Shown here: piece after piece, positions 62,101-64,000 of the stretch
How the letters are laid out: every line of letters starts with the position of its first letter
Numbering within the stretch: position 1 is the first letter of the stretch
NCBI GenBank assembly: GCA_037379345.1
Contig: CM074515.1
Location: 25,668,001-25,732,000 of the forward strand
Direction of reading: 5' to 3'
DNA: 64,000 bases
Source: Perna viridis
Lineage: Eukaryota
Program-made: the position numbers and the translations under genes
Notes under the pieces: generated by a model
Told to the model about the DNA's origin: nothing
What the model saw: only the letters and a program-made list of their open reading frames with translations
Databases searched by the model: none

Positions 62101-63891
62101 AGGAGGATGGATAAATGTTCAGTATGGCCTAACTCGAAAAATACATTTTTGATTTTGCTGAGATTAAACTGTACTGAACAATTTTGCCTCATAAAAAAAA
62201 AAAATTCACTGATATGCTCTCAAGATATCACTGAAACCTGTTGGGAGATGACAGACAAACAGACAAACAGACACACAATCTTTTGGAGAGTATCACAGAT
62301 ACCTTGCCACTACGAGAGGTGGGGTGTAAAAATCAAAATCATAAATCAAAATTAGCAAGAAGAGTGTGGATGTACCTAACTCAAAATACTTTTGCTGGAA
62401 GCAACTTCACACCACTTTCGACATTTTCATTACAAGAAATCAAACAATTGACATTATAATCCTAAAACTTTATCGACCAGGCTAATGCAACACCTATCTG
62501 GACACTTATACTCACTGATAAATGTTGTTTAATAAGAAATAACCATAACATTGTGAGGTTTCTTCTCGTTGTCATCAATATTTTACCAAACAGACACTTA
62601 GCAGAATGAGTTGTGTAAAAATTACGTCAGTTACTAATTAAAGCCTATTAACTTGACAATACTCTAAAATAGACTAAATATCAATCATATAAATCAAGAT
62701 TTATGGAACAGCAATAAAAGGTTTCTCTTAAAGTGAAAATGTCTGTAAAAGGGATGGATATAGGTCTGTAAAACTGAGGTGCTAAAAGGACTCCAAGAAG
62801 AGGATGGAAAAATAATATTGGTGATAAAAGGACTCTAAGAACAGGATAGGAAAAAAAAACAATGACATTTTAAAGTCATGAATTATGACCAAGTTACTTA
62901 TCTTCAGGGGGATATAATGGAATGAGCAGAAGCTTAAGGCATTTGGACACAACTGAGTAAAATTGAAGTACTTAAAGCACTTGTATTAAAGCAAGAAAGG
63001 GGGCCATAATAACACCCATAACAATTTACACCCCTGGCTCCACTGGGTTGGTCAAAAATGTAACCCACTCTCTTTCAACTAAAATCATGGATCCATCCAT
63101 CAAAAGGTATAAAGTTTGAAAGAGCTTTTTAACTTTTTCCAAGTTATTATAATTTATGAGAGTTTCCTATCTCCATGGAAACGAGTAGACAACCTTTCAT
63201 ACTCTGACTACACTTTAACGAATACATGTACTTATATGGATGAGTTCAGGTGGGATTGAAATCAAGCCTTTTAGGAGTATTTTACTTTATAAAAAAAATT
63301 TGAATTACATTCAAGGCATTAACAGCACAAAACAAGGGTTGGTCTATATTAAGGCTGTATGAACAGAACCAACAATGAATGGTATAGCAGTAAGCTAAAA
63401 TTAAAATCAAGATTTCAGACTGCAATATTGTGGAACAAGAAGGTTTTCAATTATATGAATATATATTTTTCATGGATTCAATGAGTTTTAAGTTTGTAAT
63501 TGTCATTTGATTTACCACCAAAAAATATTGATAACAAATTTGAATGAGTAATCAACAAATATCACAAAAATCAGTCCCAAATGAACAATAAATTATTTCA
63601 GTTTTCCAAAATCAAACTTTTGTAGCATATGAAGGTGCCCTTTGCACATCATCATGTTTTTCATATTCATATTTATATACCTGAAAAGATCAACAACAAA
63701 ATTTTGTTCAAGCAAATTTTAATCAAGCAATCATAAAGACAAGTTACTTTAATACTGAAAGTTTTTTTTATGAAAAAAAGATTAAAAAGCCATTTAACAG
63801 CATTTTTGCCATCAAAAAAAGAATGCTAAGGACTCTTACCAAAGTCTGGATTAACATATGCCACTTGAAACCTATGAATCTGCCTAGCCAT
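26133..63891 (-). CDS. kcc (SLC12A4/5/6/7): K-Cl cotransporter (solute carrier family 12, co-orthologue of vertebrate SLC12A4/5/6/7), 1045 aa (1049 with the candidate microexon). Exons: 63891-63840, 56898-56807, 53080-52970, [52263-52252], 48520-48377, 44266-44081, 41580-41351, 39979-39774, 38773-38633, 37239-37141, 36573-36516, 35860-35742, 34322-34148, 33563-33465, 32994-32875, 32449-32345, 31960-31872, 30719-30551, 30255-30149, 29702-29496, 28630-28539, 28161-28057, 27765-27560, 26917-26784, 26224-26133
   Basis: Phase-consistent spliced frame of 3138 nt. Hallmarks: [59 protein letters not shown], a Cys/N-glycan loop between TM5 and TM6, [141 protein letters not shown]. Confidence 0.95.
26225..26783 (-). 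other. U12-type (minor spliceosome) GT-AG intron, last KCC intron
   Basis: Donor GTATCCTTCA. Branch site TTCCTTAAT about 10 nt before the AG, with no long polypyrimidine tract. Confidence 0.9.
28631..29495 (-). other. U12-type GT-AG intron in KCC
   Basis: Donor GTATCCTTTG. Branch site TTCTTTAAC followed by ATAATAATAG, with no polypyrimidine tract. Confidence 0.88.
32946..33322. repeat. About 7 copies of a 55-bp tandem unit spanning the acceptor and first ~49 nt of KCC exon 32994-32875
   Basis: Unit tataaacatcagggttatacacagggcaagtcctagtaatgatagagtcctgaaa. The lowest-coordinate copy is the coding exon itself. Confidence 0.93.
36574..37140 (-). other. U12-type GT-AG intron in KCC
   Basis: Donor GTATCCTTTT. 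Canonical branch site ATCCTTAAC followed by CAAATCTAG. Confidence 0.92.
36805..37085 (+). repeat. Two ~160-bp tandem units, Helentron-like internal repeat, inside a U12 intron
   Basis: gcaaaaaatcattaatttga at about 36805 and 36966, with parallel downstream sequence. Confidence 0.6.
39943..40350. repeat. About 6 copies of a 68-bp tandem unit spanning the acceptor and first ~36 nt of KCC exon 39979-39774, plus a decayed copy near 40440-40490
   Basis: (g)aggttaaaa recurs at 39947, 40015, 40083, 40152, 40220 and 40288. The unit includes catatac-tgaaatgaaggtcaaatagg, the reverse complement of the polypyrimidine tract, AG and exon start. Confidence 0.9.
41627..41955 (-). mobile_element. Degenerate tRNA-headed SINE (MetaSINE-like)
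   Basis: On -: head accacctcggttgtctcttggtagcatgcttgg...caagggttatatccctgg with decayed A/B boxes, central gagtcagattaatgtgtctgacttgg, and an (aatc)n-like tail. Confidence 0.55.
42983..43178 (+). mobile_element. Repeat family B copy
   Basis: ccggtgcacctggtccatgctcccagtttttagtggagtccgagttgctc...ggttcccttgattactctttc. Confidence 0.78.
45412..46007. mobile_element. TTCACATGAA-rich MITE split by a nested repeat of about 390 bp (~45535-45925)
   Basis: The two halves match the intact copy at 61827-62089. The insert begins ggacatatggtatgattgccagtgagaca. Confidence 0.62.
46085..46345. repeat. Two-copy direct repeat, period about 152 bp
   Basis: aaaggggagacaagtcattatgtgttagccatWtaccaaaa at 46103 and 46255. 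Confidence 0.8.
46355..46950. repeat. Minisatellite, about 19 units of 30-33 bp (acacctgtctaaaccaaactcttgatac)
   Basis: Directly visible. The core cctgtctaaacc is shared with the internal unit of the 15654 MITE. Confidence 0.92.
48874..49075. mobile_element. TA-flanked MITE (CTGTGAAAGTACT TIR)
   Basis: ta-CTGTGAAAGTACT...AGTACTTTCACAG-ta with internal inverted gggtaccaatttt / aaaattggtaccc. Looser relatives occur near 29025-29170, 33811-34025 and 55205-55385. Confidence 0.8.
50359..50490. repeat. Long imperfect inverted repeat (arms of about 57 bp)
   Basis: ataagctccca...tatttagacacccagtagatctgttggag pairs with ctccaacagaatctactgactgtctaaata...tgggagattat. Confidence 0.85.
51760..51885. repeat. 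About 5 x 26-bp tandem repeat
   Basis: gacagtctttaccattgggccaatta-type units with two sub-variants. Confidence 0.85.
52252..52263 (-). CDS. Candidate 12-nt symmetric microexon (DSTK) in the KCC N-terminal tail
   Basis: On -: T-rich tract...caaattacag|GATAGTACTAAG|gtatag. It lies in a phase-0 intron and preserves the frame. Confidence 0.5.
52324..52487. repeat. 4 x 41-bp near-perfect tandem repeat
   Basis: aaaatcttgtgatctgaatagaagtcaatgcttcaaataca x4. Confidence 0.92.
56108..56560. mobile_element. Possible old MITE
   Basis: 14/15-bp inverted termini ggtcttacttaacac / gtggtaagtaagacc. No clear TSD. Confidence 0.4.
60074..60284. mobile_element. MITE family A copy, inverted relative to the 3656 copy
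   Basis: ttaa-GGAGGTAGACCTAGGG ... CAGTCTACCTCC-ttca. Confidence 0.8.
61827..62089. mobile_element. MITE with TIRs and internal quasi-palindromic TTCACATGAA repeats
   Basis: tatacaggcaaaattatttcac ... gtgaaaaatatttgcctgtgta. A related copy lies at about 25689-25895. Confidence 0.7.
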
Positions 63892-64000
63892 CAATTACAA
63901 TAATCATAAGTTTCATTATTTATATTAGATCAGTATTCGATAACAACAGATTATCACTCTGAAGTTATCAGGTACTTGTTTGATAACATGATAGACCATA

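Noticed and set aside
63618-63682. Possible extra KCC exon after ttttcag ([21 protein letters not shown])
   Set aside because: The phase-1 frame required by this intron hits TAA immediately, and the donor is weak.

Overview
AT-rich, intron-rich animal genomic DNA. The repeat families look like those of bivalve molluscs (Mytilidae-like), which is an inference from pattern recognition only. Three spliced genes were rebuilt by hand, with every exon bounded by GT/AG and consistent phases. (1) A CNBD1-like cyclic-nucleotide-binding-domain gene on the - strand (ATG 6226) runs off the left edge. (2) A complete ZFAND1-like AN1 zinc-finger gene on the + strand (6510-19445, 8 exons, 263 aa) sits head-to-head with it across 283 bp. 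(3) A complete K-Cl cotransporter gene (SLC12A4-7/kcc co-orthologue) on the - strand (63891-26133, 24 exons, 1045 aa) converges on ZFAND1. It has three U12-type introns, an N-terminal RFQV SPAK/OSR1 motif and a candidate 12-nt microexon. ZFAND1 intron 1 holds a 2.5-kb Mutator-like transposon (TIRs, 9-bp TSD) whose disabled transposase carries an in-frame 336-bp duplication. Introns contain many non-autonomous elements (TTAA- and TA-flanked MITEs, Helentron-like, SINE-like, long hairpins). The most unusual signal is two independent tandem arrays in the KCC gene that each amplify an intron/exon acceptor junction, stacking about 6 non-productive decoy 3' splice sites in front of the real one.
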